A DNA stretch of 64,000 nt from Eledone cirrhosa (lineage: Eukaryota): contig OZ024743.1 in NCBI GenBank assembly GCA_964016885.1, positions 806,001 through 870,000 of the forward strand. Reading direction: 5' to 3'. Below, piece by piece: positions 30,018-43,840 of this stretch. Position 1 is the first letter of the stretch. Every line of letters begins with the position of its first letter. The notes beneath the pieces are model-generated. The model ran no database searches. It worked only from the letters and a program-made list of their open reading frames with translations, and was not told where the DNA came from. Made by a program: the position numbers and the translations under genes.

Positions 30018-30187
30018 GTTATTCCGGGTTGAGTCGGAGGTAACCACGGTAAGTAAGGTACTCAATACATTGCAGAGTATAAAAGTTTTAATATAGATGA
30101 GATTCTACAGGACTAGAACTGTTCCATTCTTTACAAATTACCAGGAATCTCTGGTGATTTCTAAAGAATGAAACAGTTCTAGTCCTG
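30015..30187. mobile_element. Degenerate copy of the back-to-back HHR element
   Basis: Matches 20124-20303 with mutated cores (CTGGTGA / CTGGTAA). Confidence 0.8.
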
Positions 30188-32323
30188 AAAGTGAAAGAGA
30201 TATATTCATACACATAAGTGAGCATAACGGCGAAATAAGATATTTTGAAACAGATCATCAGTGAGGGAATTTCAAAATTACCTAATCTCACTCAATAGAG
30301 GGTTGAACGTGGCTAAACGCACATTGTGTCAATACATGAATTTAGCACCCGCAACGACATGAAGGGTTCTCGTCCACTAGAAATAGCAGTCCAACATCTC
30401 CACATATTAAACATAAACACATGCATACGCATCCACTAGCACACAAAGACATGTATACATACGCAAATACGCAAATGCTAGAAAGCAAATACATAATTGT
30501 TTGAACCCCCATATACATATATATATTCTCGAGCACACACCCAGGTACCCATACATGTGCATATCTACACAAACATAGATACTTGAATACGTAGACAGTA
30601 AAGACATAAGATATGATCAGACGAACACAGTTAAATAGAAATAAAAGGAAACACACACAGACCACTCAGATGAGCGAGTGTTTTACATGGTCACTTGACT
30701 TGCAAGAAATATCAGTCGAATTACATGTGTGTATCATAAAAAAGATCACATTGTGATTCTGGGCTAACAACCGTGCATTGGACGGTGATTGCCCAAATAC
30801 CTTTGAATATATATCTCTTAGATCGGAGCTAACCAAACAAAATCAACAATACGAAACACATAGTAGAGTAATGTGCTGGAAAACAACACTCTCATACACT
30901 CATAGGAACATAAACACAGAGAGATATCACCAATTACCACAGAGAGCAACACAAGCATACAGATTAATACACATATTCACACACTGTATTAAAAATACAT
31001 ATGCATGCATAAACAGATTACATCTAATGTAGTTGTGAGGACTGAACTGGAAGTAAATTCAATTTTTAATAAATTATTTCACATTTAGTTTTTGGCTTAT
31101 CAGTAGCTATGGCTTATTAGTTAGACAATACAATTGTCGAGCAGGCATTATTGTTAGTCTATGAATTATGCAAGAGTTGGTATTAATCCGCAGAGAGAAT
31201 TTAGGTGATAATTGAAATGCCGCCTCTTTGAATTATATCTACAGTACATTCGAGGTTACTCTGCAACGGCTTCCATGTTCACAATATCGCTAAAAGCCAT
31301 TAGAAGCTATTGTAGAAAAAAATATATTCAGTTTAGTTCGTATTGGAATCGAACCTGAGACCTTATGGTTGTGATGAAAACTTGTTAACCATTCATCTAA
31401 GCTGTGCAGAAATACGCCCAAATATCTATTCTCACAGATCTACAAGCAATACACACATACTTATACATACACATACACACACATAAATACGCACACGCTA
31501 TAATGAAAACAAAACAGAAACCTTAAATCATATCGGCCTACAAACATAAATATAATATGACAAACGGATATATTAGTGATAAATCTCATTTTACTCACTT
31601 TTATACAGAAATTCACACACTTACATGCAATTTCTATTTGCCTCAGTCATTTCCCCACCCACTTTTGCAGTTTCTTTCATTTTCATGCTCGGCTACAGAG
31701 GCTCTCCCCTTCAGTTTATTTATCTGTACATATCAGTCGTAAACTTTCCTTCTCTCTTTTACTTGTCTCTCTTAAGACACAAACAATCTCTAAAATGCAA
31801 TCATTTGTTTTCTCTGTTACCGTGTCACCTCAAGATACAGATCCTAAGTCAAGAACACACTACCAAACTTAACCTCACAATCCGCACACTATGCACACCT
31901 GCCTAAGCCTTCATATGTAGAAATATATATGTATGTATATATAAGTTAAATACATGAGAAAAATGTACCATCAAACAACAGATTAGAATATTACATGTAA
32001 TATATATATTTTTGTTGTCTTCATTACATTACTTGAGTAGTGAGGTACGCTAAATTCCCTATATATATATATATATGTGTATAAATATATATATGTATAT
32101 ATATATATATATTCACACAGACACACACACACATATATATATATGTGTGTGTGTGTGTATGTGTATGTGTGTGTGTGTGAATATATATATATATATATAC
32201 ACAGAGATATTGGGGTCTATTCTGCATGAAGAACTCGATGTAATCCATATGTTGAAAATGTTGTAGGTTAAGATAAATCTCGGAAAACAATAAAACATTA
32301 AAAGGAAAACAGAGTCATGATAT

Positions 32324-32818
32324 AAGTTAAAACAATGAAATAAAAAATCAAGTCATTAGAGATATACTTCACTGCTTTACGATCGTTTCTAGATGATGAT
32401 AACCCATTGTAGCTATACTTCGTTATTGATCTATGTAAGGTTAGTTACAAAATATCTGATAAAGAGAATATTTACTTACATGCATATCACCAGCTGTTTT
32501 CAAAAGCAATAATAATTTTATTCAAAATTAGTAGTATCTTAGTATCTTGTCCTTATTGATTGGTTAGTTCTTCAACTACCTCCAAATAAGGACAAGATAC
32601 TAACATACTACTAATTTTGAATAAAATTAGTATTGCTTTTGAAAACAGCTGGTGATATGCATGTAAGTAAATATTATCTTTATCTGATATTTTGTAACTA
32701 ACCTTACATAGATCAATAACTAAGTATAGCTACAATATATTATCATCACCTAGAAACGATCGTAAAGCAGTGAAGTATATCTCTAATGACTTGATTTTTT
32801 ATTTCATTGTTTTAACTT
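32324..32818. repeat. ~235-bp arm palindrome with 24-nt spacer
   Basis: 32324-32558 is the reverse complement of 32583-32818; contains GAAAC-gatc-GTA but no clean HHR core. Confidence 0.9.
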
Positions 32819-33100
32819 TTAACTGGGAATGTATAGATACGCTGTATCTATATATACCTTTGTCATATGTGAGTTCTCTAGTATTCTGAGAATTTGATCA
32901 GAGGTAAACACTGTATTTAATGTCGAATGACACAACTTCAAGTAATTAGCGGCCTTTAGACTCACTTGATCAATGAAACAATTGTTAATACTTGAAATAA
33001 AGCGCCTTGTTGTACAGCCGACCATGGTATTCTTTAATTTTTCACTATTATTACTCCAAGTATAACCTGCATAGGAATTCTCGCGAACTCGCTGTATAAC
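32819..33100 (-). pseudogene. Degenerate GIY-YIG-like endonuclease remnant (probable PLE)
   Basis: GYTW..MVGCTTRRF..AANYLKLCH..ILRILE..YIPS resembles Y(I/V)GxTxR..H..IL..P.LN. Confidence 0.45.
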
Positions 33101-33206
33101 TATGGATACTTCTTGTTGAGTCAAACAAAGCCGTACGTTAAAATATCCACAATACAGAGTTCTCACAACCTCTAACTGGATTACCTATAACGATAACTTG
33201 TTATCC

Positions 33207-33239
<33 letters not shown>

Positions 33240-34597
33240 CATAATATACATGTTACATTATTATAATCTGTTGTTTGGTGATACAGTATATATATATATT
33301 TATATATACATACATATGCATGTATATGTACCAGACAGTAATAAGTATTGGCGTCGCTGTCGTTGAATAAGGCCTTTGACAAAAAGAAAAAAATTCATGT
33401 AATCTTAAGAGAGCTCATTCAGATTAATATAGATACGGAAACACATTCTTTTGTAATCACAGGAACTTAAAAAATCACAGACAAATGCTCGTTCACAGAC
33501 AGACGAAACCTCACTAAAACATACACAAACACTCATATTTAAAAAAAAAAAAAACCCTTAGCACACGCTCAGAGACCCAATGAATAGAGACAAAAATATC
33601 ATTTATTTCAATAAGCTTCTCATACTTCAGCACCATATATACATTGCCGATATGTTATGTTTATTGCAGAGATGAGACAGGAAAAAGGAGCAGTTAAGAA
33701 ATATAAGTAGAACATTGTGAAAGAAGTACTAGTTATTTGTAGACATTGTATCTGTGTCATGTAACTATGGCGGTTATGACGAATGACGGAAAGCATCATG
33801 GGTGTGTATTGTTGAAAGTATCTATTTCTTTATGTGTGGTACATACGCAGACACACACACATACGCACATACACATGCACACACACATACACACACATAT
33901 ACACAGGCAAACACATTGACATATTTGTCAGAGATGTTGGATAATTAGATTAAGTGTTTTATAGTATTTCCTTCACACCGATTTCAAAACTCGCCGAGAG
34001 AAAGTTTGCTTTCATAGTTTCGGTTTCAATAAATAACTTATCAGTTCAGAGTGGTGGATTTGTGAACTTGTTAGAGCGTGGGAGATGTTTTGTGATAGGC
34101 AGTGGCGGACTGGGTCTAAAAATATTGGTTGCCAGAAGATAAAGGGGACCCACCTACATATAGAATGCTATCATTTAATTTTTATAATGAATAAATAATA
34201 TTTTCGAAAAATTCATCAGTGGAAACAAAACAGTGCAATCAAATTTTTGCGGAAAAATATCTTACCTTCTCCAAGAAAAAATATTACGTATTTTGCGAAA
34301 TCCAGAGACTTTCAATAGTGATGTTTGGTCTTTCGCACTCACTCAATATATATATATTTATATATATATGTGTGTGTGTGTGTGTATCTATCTATCTCTC
34401 TATAGATACATCATCTTTACCACTAATTGATTTGACAGATATCTTTAACCTATTCATACCAAATATTATTTGGTCTGTACTCCGTGTGTAAGTATGTACA
34501 CACATATATATAAATATATAAATAAATATATAAATATATTATAAATATAAGCTATCGCTGTATTTTGACTAAAGAAATTAAAGATATTATTAAGCCA

Positions 34598-34782
34598 GGA
34601 TTGGCAGTATCGGTAGAGAGTCGGACGCCATGCTTTGACGCTTAGAGTTACGGCCCTTGCATTCTGAGTTCAAATCCCGCTGAAGTTAACTTTGCCTTTC
34701 ATCCTTACGGGGTCGATAAAATAAAGTACCAGTAATACACTGGGTATTTGCTGGCCTTGTGCCAAAAGTAGAAACAATTATT
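34598..34782 (+). mobile_element. tRNA-derived SINE (Nin-like central domain, octopus-type)
   Basis: A box TGGCAGTATCGG, B box GAGTTCAAATCC, core GCCTTTCATCCTTACGGGGTCGATAAAATAAAGTACCAG, tail gtgccaaaagtagaaacaattatt. Confidence 0.85.
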
Positions 34783-35049
34783 AAACCTGATAGTGGGGTT
34801 AAGAAAAACAGATGAGTATTACACCAATATATATATATATATATATATGTTTGCATGAATGAATACACTAAGCTTTAGATTTAGTAGAATGTACAACCAC
34901 TGATTCCAGCTATTTGCACTATCGTATATTATGGTTTCTAGTAATTCCCTGGAGAATTGGTTGACCAAATGCTTTGTTTAATTGTTTCATTTTTTTTTTT
35001 TTAATGTTATTCTTTCTCTTAGATTTCAGGTATTTTTGAAAGCAAAGCA

Positions 35050-35173
35050 TTGGCCCCTAAAATACTACAGTGGGCCCTGCAATGCTACTGTGGGCTCTTG
35101 CAATGCTACCGTGGGCCCCCTGGAGCCCACTTGCCATTGGGCAACCTGGCAACCTGGCCTATGCGCCACTGGT
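35050..35173 (-). mobile_element. Possible hAT-type MITE terminus with 21-bp GC-rich subterminal repeats
   Basis: Minus strand begins CAGTGGCGCATAGG; tandem gtgggccctgcaatgctac repeats. Only one end seen. Confidence 0.35.
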
Positions 35174-35587
35174 AATAGGTGTTCTTACTCTTTTCGTGGA
35201 TAAATGCATATAAAACCAACAAAGGTGTTGAGGTTTCATCCTGTAGTGTAGCGAAAATAATATATATATATATTAGATAGTGAAAAAAACTTTGTATCTT
35301 ATATATATATTTATAAAAATGGAAAAAATGAAACGAAATTTCATTTCTCACTCTTAGTACGGCAGTTACTTAAATGTAAGTATGTATGTATACGTACATA
35401 CATATATGTATACAGACGTACAGTAGTATGTATATATATACATACATGTACACATATATATACATGTACGTATCGGTTTACCGAACATTTAATATAATGT
35501 TCGGTTTGTTTGTAAACAAACAGCCCGAATTAAGCCGTACGGTGTTTAGCAACCATCGTTGCCCTTTTGTTCAACACTGACAAAGGA

Positions 35588-35630
35588 ACGATGTACTAGT
35601 TTCAAGCTTATTAGCTATCGTCAGCATCGT
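35588..35630 (-). ncRNA. Minimal type I hammerhead ribozyme
   Basis: acgatg-CTGACGA-tagct(aata)agctt-GAAAC-ta-GTA-catcgt; 6-bp stem I, palindromic ACTAGT stem III. Confidence 0.85.
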
Positions 35631-35702
35631 CTACCTTCCTGCCAGATAATTGAACGTCTGAAAGTATATACTTTCCTTATGCATATTAACGGCTGAGCAG
35701 CC

Positions 35703-35741
<39 letters not shown>

Positions 35742-36212
35742 TTCTGTTACTGGTTTGAGTCAATGTGTGGCTATACCGAGTAATTGAAGCTTTGAGAATC
35801 CATGCGCCCTCAAATGATAGTCATGATAGACAATAGACAATTGTCTACTGCCATACTACTTACGTATACTAGAGCTTTTTAGTTAAATTTTGGAGATATG
35901 AATAATGTGGACGCTCATCGAGGACAATCTCATTGTTATTCTGTGGTAGACTCAATCTCTCTTGCACTTAGCACTTGAAATACTTTTATTGATTTATCAG
36001 TGTTTCCGATCGATGAATAAAACAATCTCTCCTTCACACCAAGCGAAGAGAGACAGAAAAATGTCATGGATGCTGCCCTTTCTCTTCTGATTAGGTAACT
36101 AGAAAATATATAAAAATATAGACCTCCCAGCCTCTAAAGACCCAAACGGGGAGTACCAAGAACAAAAGTGTTTTAAAACGTGGAGAAATGAGGCAAAATG
36201 AGCAGATTTTAC

Positions 36213-36390
36213 ATAATTGTTTCTAGGTTTGGCACAAGGCCAGCAAATACTCAGTGCATTACTAGTACTTTATTTTATCGACCCCGTAAGGATGAAAGGC
36301 AAAGTTAACCTCGGCGGGATTTGAACTCAGAATGGCAAGGACCGTAACTCTATGCGTCAAAGCATGGCGTCCGACCCTCTACCGATACTG
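36213..36390 (-). mobile_element. SINE copy
   Basis: Reverse complement of the 34598 consensus. Confidence 0.85.
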
Positions 36391-37169
36391 TTACATAACG
36401 AAAGCTATACATATTTTGACAAGAGAAGACATCTCTCACTCACCCCAAACTGGGTAGGAGATCTGCACGTTGGACGAGAAGATTTGACCGGTCTGAAAAT
36501 ATGATTTCTATGATATGAATATTTATTTTCTGTCAGAAGACATTTTCGATCAACTGCATGAGGTATATATATATCTGATATATTTAAACAATCATGAGTT
36601 TCCCCCGAGATTTAATTTGGTGATTGCTTTCGTTTCTTGTTACATTGATGTTGGCAATGATGTGCCTTCGATGCTATTTTTGCTGCTGTTTTATCATCGG
36701 GTATTTAACCTGTTTCTAGTTGGCCAATCATATTTGTTGCGCAATTATGTTATATTTTTAGAAATTTAAAAAACCACCACCAACAACAAGACACACGAAA
36801 CTTCAAATTTATTTCTAAATATGGCTGTCTGGTGTGAAATATCAAAGGCTTTTGTCCCAATTCTTCGATGTAGTTACTGACACAATTCCATTGCATCGGG
36901 AATGTGATGCAGTCTCAATTACGTGGTCTCTCTATTATGTATGTGTATTTATGTGCCTATATGTATGTATGTATGTGTATATATATATATATAGATATAT
37001 ATATTCATATACCTATATACGTAATACGTAATCACATAAACACACACACACATATATATATATATATAGATGTGTGGGTAAGTATAAAAATACATACGCG
37101 CTTATACATGAATATACACAACTTTACATTTCTGATGCTGCATATTTCTACATATTTCTACATATTTCT

Positions 37170-37224
<55 letters not shown>

Positions 37225-37908
37225 CAGAAGTAACACACATAGATTTAATAATCTACAATTAATACGTGTTACTTTTTTAGCGGTTTGCTTAGGGGTTGTT
37301 GTTGATGTTGTGGTGTCTGGGAACATGTATGAATACCACATGTCGAATGTAGGCTGTGCGGTAAATTAAATAGCTAGAACATCATATGGGGTAAATATTG
37401 CGCAATGTTGTACACATAAATACGCATACACAATAAAAAACATACACACTTTCAAGCCACACCAACGCTACTACCGCCACAACTATCATATCACACCACT
37501 ATCTCGACTAGATACACTTCTGTGCATCGAAACAGGAATAATATGTATTAGTATCACATGTATTCTATTTATCTCGCTCTCCCTCTATGTTATTTGTCCC
37601 TTGGGTAATGATAAAGCTATATACGCATACACAGACGCAGAGAAATAGGCACATATATATATAGAAATATATATATATGTATACATATATATATACATAT
37701 ATATACATATATATATATATACATACATATATATATATATGTATACATATATATATATAATCATATATATATATACATATATAAACATGTATATATTTAT
37801 ATACATATATATATATACACACATCTATATGTACATATATATATACATATATATATTTTTTTTTTGTGTCTGTATACATATATATATATATATATATATA
37901 TGTATATG

Positions 37909-37972
<64 letters not shown>

Positions 37973-38537
37973 AGTGTGTATATGTATTCTATATATAAAT
38001 ACATATATTTACACATGCATACGTCAAACACACACAGATACACACACCCATAGTCACCATAAACATGCACATAAACAATTAAGAAATAATATATCAAAGG
38101 GTAATTTTTTTTCGAGCGGATGAGTGTAAAATGAAGATGGATGTAGGGACGTGACATGGCATAGACGAAGCCACAGGCAAAATCTCCTGTTGTTACCAAC
38201 AGAGACAAATTACGTAAGAATGGCACCAGAAATTTAGACAAGAGGCACCAATCTTCCTGGGTATTGTAACTTGATAAAAATCTCAAAACCATTATCTGCC
38301 TGAAGGTGGTACAAATTATATTTAAACGAAGAAAATGAGCAACATATATAGATCTCTTCACATACAAACATATATCCGGACACACACACCCATATATATA
38401 TATATATGCATGTATATATATATGTGTGTGTGTGTGTGTGTATTCGTATATATGTTTGTATGTGAAGAGATCTATATATGTTTCCCATTATAAAAATTAT
38501 ATAAATATATGTGAATATACAGAAACACACACGTGCA

Positions 38538-38598
<61 letters not shown>

Positions 38599-38630
38599 AT
38601 ATGATGGTGCATATACATATATATATATAC

Positions 38631-38715
<85 letters not shown>

Positions 38716-38829
38716 TATACATATATGCGTATTTATGTGTTTGTGTACGTGTCTGTGCGAGCGTCTCTGTGGGTGGGTTGTTAACTATACATTCATAGAC
38801 TAGTTTATATTTTCGAAATTTCGTTGTTG

Positions 38830-39700
38830 TATATTTTGGGTCAGTGAAGTCATTTCAGAAATTGTGTTGAATCTCGAGTGATTACATCATGGAAACCTAC
38901 TTTAATTATTTACCAGTAGTGCTGCCTGAAGCCACGATTGGATGTAGAAAGATAAGATGCTGCTCGGATGCTTATTGGAGCATGTCACTACCAAAATCAA
39001 TTACATCTTGTCTTCGTGGATAAAGAGAAAGTAGGTAGTATCAAGCTCTGGGAACTACTGGAAAAGTACGAGTTGAAGCCCCAACTCCTTGAACGCCAAG
39101 ACTATTTAATTAAACTCCTACAGTGCTGAGCGAACGCAAGGTGAACAGCTCAACTTGCTCCAAGTAATATATATCCAGTGTGCGAAAAGACTGTTTCCTC
39201 TATTGTTCATCGTCTATATTGATAAAATTAGCAAAGGACACCAACTTAGATCCAATCGCATGAAACGAACAATTATTTGCTGGCAAACGAAATATACTGA
39301 ATGACAAGGAACAGTCCCATAAAATATAGGCGGGCTGAAAAGCAGCTGCAAATAATATGGCAGTAAGAAAACCGTGATGTCCACAGTGCGTACTCCAGAA
39401 AAGCTTGATATTAACATCAACTGACAGTAGCTGAAGTAATCCATAAATTTCACTAACTTCGACAGCAACTAAGCTGAGGATGCAAACTGGAGACTAGGGC
39501 CCACAAGGCGAATTTGGTCATTTGTCACTTACAAACTATCATAAAGAACCCAAGCATACCTCTGTATATCTAAAACAGACTGATCCTCCAAATATTTGTT
39601 TCTTGTGCCTGAACTATACTCTGAGTGGAATCTTGGACGATAAACACACAACCTATGTGATTACATGTCTCCAATGATCAATTGGCAAAACTACAGAACT
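38830..39700 (+). mobile_element. Highly degenerate RTE-like LINE RT remnant
   Basis: Remnant VFVDKEK..LWELLEKYELKPQLL and downstream decayed RT-like frames. Confidence 0.5.
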
Positions 39701-39717
39701 AGAAAAGACGAAATTAG

Positions 39718-40665
39718 AAACCTCAGTGGGATTTGAACTCAGAACGTAACGGACAGTAACTCTATGCTGTGCTAGGAAGCATGTTGCCCGACGCTCTACT
39801 GATACTGCCATTCCCTTGCCCTATTTATTTAATAATTGTTTCTACTTTTGGCACAAGGCCAGCAATTTTTCAAGTGTATTACTGGTACTTTATGTTATCG
39901 ACCCCGTAAGGATGAAAGGCAAAGTTAACCTAGGTGGGATTATTTAATAATAATTGTTTCTAATTTTGGCACAAGACCAGCAGATACCCAGTACATTACT
40001 GGTACTTTATTTTATCGACTCCGTAAGGATGAAAGGCAAAGTTAACCTCGACGGGATTTGAACTCAGACCGTATGATTCAGTCCTTCAAATTTTCAGTTC
40101 GTAATTCTTCTTTATGACAAACAATTTCAGTGATTCTTTCACTATTTCAATATTCATACTAATGTAGCCAGGTTATTTCGAAAAGTAATCTCCGCTCACC
40201 AACTCGAGAGTGAAATGCATATGAAGATTATATAGAAAATATTTCTCACGCTACTTAATTCAATAATTGTTTCTACTTTAGTCACAAGGCCAGCAATTAC
40301 CCAGTGCATTACTGGTACTTTATTTTATCGACCCCGTAAGGATGAAAGGCAAAGTCAACCTCGGTGGGTTTTGAACTCAGATCGTAAAGGGACGTAACTA
40401 TGCTGGAAAGCATGGCGTCCGACCCTCTACCGATACTGCCAATCCACCGCTACTTAATTCAATAATTGTTTCTACTTTAGGCACAAGGCCAGCAATTACC
40501 CAGTACATTACTGGTACTTTATTTTATCGACCCCGTAAGGATGAAAGGCAAAGTAAACCTCGGCGGGATTTGAACTCAGATCGTAAAGGGACGTAACTAT
40601 GCTGGAAAGCATGGCGTCCGACCCTCTACCGATACTGCCAATCCACCGCTACTTAATTCAATAAT
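39718..40665 (-). mobile_element. Cluster of 5 SINE copies, including a 199-bp head-to-tail dimer (40249-40665)
   Basis: Repeated cgaccccgtaaggatgaaaggcaaagt core. Confidence 0.9.
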
Positions 40666-42037
40666 GTAATACAATAACATCATCTTATTTTGAACTCCTG
40701 TGGTTAATAAGAAAACAATATTCTTTCTCTAATGAAGCCGATTATTTTTTTTTTTAAACGTTCGACACATCATTCCTTTGGTATCTTCTTCATATGCTGA
40801 TGTTAAAGGAAATACACTTTTGCTTTTATGCAATAGTAGGCATAACATTTATAAAGGTTTGCTGGACGAGAAAATTAAGAGATTTTTTTCTTTTTTTTTA
40901 GCAATATGATGTACGATATTACAAAGTACCGATATTCAGTTCTAATTAAATAAATAAATAAATAAATAAGGGTATCGGATCGAAAGACTTTGTAACATGC
41001 TGTACGATTTAATTTACAGTATCTTGTTTATGTGTTGAAATTCTACCTGATTAACATTACTTTCAGCTTTGCATGGTCCATAAATTAAGTAGCAACAACA
41101 CACCATGCTCATTAAACTCCACTATACATTCTCACCTCATGAAAATAGTTTTCTTCCTTGGTTACATGATTTAATTTGATTGCAAGATGCAGTACTTCAA
41201 ATTCATATAGACATAAAATCTGCAGAGCTCCACCAGATAGATCATTCTTGTGATGTACATTCAACACATTGCTTTGTTTAACATCACCGCCTGGCATTGG
41301 CTACAATTAATAGATTGCATTCTGTGACAAACAGAACAAACTCTCCGTCGTAGGTGTTCTTCCACCCCATCAGTCTTAAAATCCCTCGAATTGATCATAA
41401 GCTTTTCCTTTCTTTTGTTTTAAGACATAACAAAAATATGTCACATGAAATATCATTTAAAAGGCTTTCAAACCTTTTTATTTAATGACGAGAAAATATG
41501 TAATCCACTTAGGCGAAGGTTCGAAATATAATTTATTATCTTTCTATATATTTTCTGTTTATTTACATGCATGCGTGCTTCTGTGTATATGTGTGTGAGC
41601 GTAGAGCAATGTCAATGACACCAAATAAACCAGACTTTTCCATTCAGTTTCAATACACATTTACCTCCATGATACGAGGTTGGGATACCTCCATCAACAA
41701 CAACTCTAGAATAGACTCAACGACCGTCATTGTTATCAACTTTATTATCATCATCTAAGTTGATTATCACGATCATCCTCACCAATCGGTGTGAAATACG
41801 GAAGTATATTCCTCATATGTCACTCCTTTTCAAACTAAACCCCGCCTGTAATATAGTTCTTCTTGTTTTACTTCTTTACACAAAGCTTCTCTATTATCTC
41901 TGGCCCTGTCACTGTCTACCTCTTTTTCTGTTCCTTGCTACCTTTACACTTATAACCTGTCCGTGTCCTATGATGCGAGATGGTGAGTTCGTTAAATTAC
42001 TTTTTTTTCTATTTCGCTAACGTTATTATTTATGGTA

Positions 42038-42195
42038 TGGCAGTATCGATAGAGGGTCGGACGCCATTACGGCCCTTTATGATCTGAGTTCAAATGCTTA
42101 ACTTTGCCTTTCATCCTTACGAGGTCGATAAAATAAAGTACCAGTAATACACTGGGATAATTGCAGGCCTTGTGCCAAAAGTAGAAACAGTTATT
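42038..42195 (+). mobile_element. SINE copy
   Basis: Matches the SINE consensus with internal deletions. Confidence 0.8.
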
Positions 42196-42916
42196 ATTTA
42201 TATGTTTTTTGTATCTTTCTGAGATCTCTAGATGGACATTTATTTTAGGTACTTGCTCACATTGAAACTTAACCTTCGCTCAAACATTCTACCTCATTCT
42301 TCACTACTTTGTCTGTCCTCATATAACAAAATTCCCACACACTTCACTTCAAGCGATCTATGTGAGGCGTAAAACCTGAACGATGACTAATATAGCAAAT
42401 AAAATATAAAGGTAAAGAATCAGTTGGGAGTTCTTGTTTGACAGCGTGGAAGTTATGTTAAGTAAATCAACATATACAAAAAGAAATTATTTTTTGTTCA
42501 CGAAAATATGTATTGAAACTGTACCATTAAATGAAATGAAATATGAGTGTGCGATAATATTCAGGCTTTGGTGAAATAACAGATGAGAAGAATCGAGAAG
42601 AAAATGATAGACTCAGAATATTCATGATTGCCTGAGAAAAATACATAACAAGGGAAAATTATTTTCTGTTGGCCACAATAGAATTCAGCTTTTATTGAAA
42701 GAAAGAATATGTTAGCAGCAAGGGACCATTCACCCAATGTGCCGAATCAATCTAATCACAAAGAATGTTTGGTTTTGTTTCACATAGCAAAATCAACAAA
42801 TATGTTGTATATACGAGGTTCACTCAAGAGGTTTTGAGATTTTTATCAGAGAAACATTTATTTAACCCAGACCAACACAAAACTCTAGTCCCCCTCAAAG
42901 TAGGACCCTCCAACGA

Positions 42917-43100
42917 AAGATAGCTTAAGGTGAAAATATCCACGAATAAACTGTACGATAAAAGCGCATAAATTACGAACGAAGGTCGCGAGTATTAAAA
43001 CTTTTCAGATACTTTGTCTGCTATTAATTCCCAGCTGACTATATCACAATCTTCTGAACTAGCTAGCTTTATGGCATACTGCAACCTATATTATATATTA
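42917..43100 (+). repeat. ~185-bp direct repeat, second copy at 45234-45413
   Basis: aaagatagcttaag..actgcaacctatattatatatta present twice. Confidence 0.85.
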
Positions 43101-43139
43101 TTTTTTTTAAATTTATAATATATGTAAGATATATGTATA

Positions 43140-43518
43140 TATCTTCATCCAGCGTCTTGAAATCACTCACGGAGGAGGAACCACTCACTGGACTCCTTCC
43201 ACCGACTTCTGTCCCTTGCCAGTCTTGGCCATGAGGGTCCCAGGTGGTTGGTGAGGTTGTCTTGCCATCTTGTCTTTGGACGTCCTTTTCATCTTGTCTA
43301 TTTTCTTGGTGTCCACTCTGTCACTCTGATCATCCATCTGTTGTCACTGAGTCACGAGATGTGGCCAGCCCATCTGTATTTGTTCGTCTTGATGGTTGTG
43401 ATGTCTCTGACTCCAGTTTGTTGTCAGATCAGCGTGACACCCAACATGATGCGCTGCATCTTTCGCTGGATGACACTGAGAATGTTCTTCGTGGTGTTAT
43501 TCAGCACCCAGGTCTCTG
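43140..43518 (-). mobile_element. RTE-clade LINE 3' fragment
   Basis: ETWVLNNTTKNILSVIQRKMQRIMLGV, RWAGHIS, WTP..KGRPKTRWQD. Confidence 0.8.
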
Positions 43519-43532
43519 TATATATATATATA

Positions 43533-43630
<98 letters not shown>

Positions 43631-43724
43631 TGTTTCCAAGATTAAATAAGTATGTCATATATAATATCCAGTCCACAAAATTCGGAGTGTTGGAAGAACT
43701 CGCATTATATAGAAAGAACTTTCT

Positions 43725-43840
43725 AAGTTCAAATCCCGCCAAGGTTAACTTTGCCTTTCATCCTTACGGGGTCGATAAAATAAAGTACCAGTAATGCACT
43801 GGATAATTGCTGGCCTTGTGCCTAACGTAGAAACAATTAT
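43725..43840 (+). mobile_element. 5'-truncated SINE copy
   Basis: B box, core and tail present. Confidence 0.85.

Noticed and set aside
31340-31410. tRNA-like sequence on the minus strand
   Set aside because: B-box remnant of an old SINE; no cloverleaf.
41130-41400. Possible minus-strand host exon with CxxC..CxxC
   Set aside because: In-frame stop, no recognisable homology and no partner exons.
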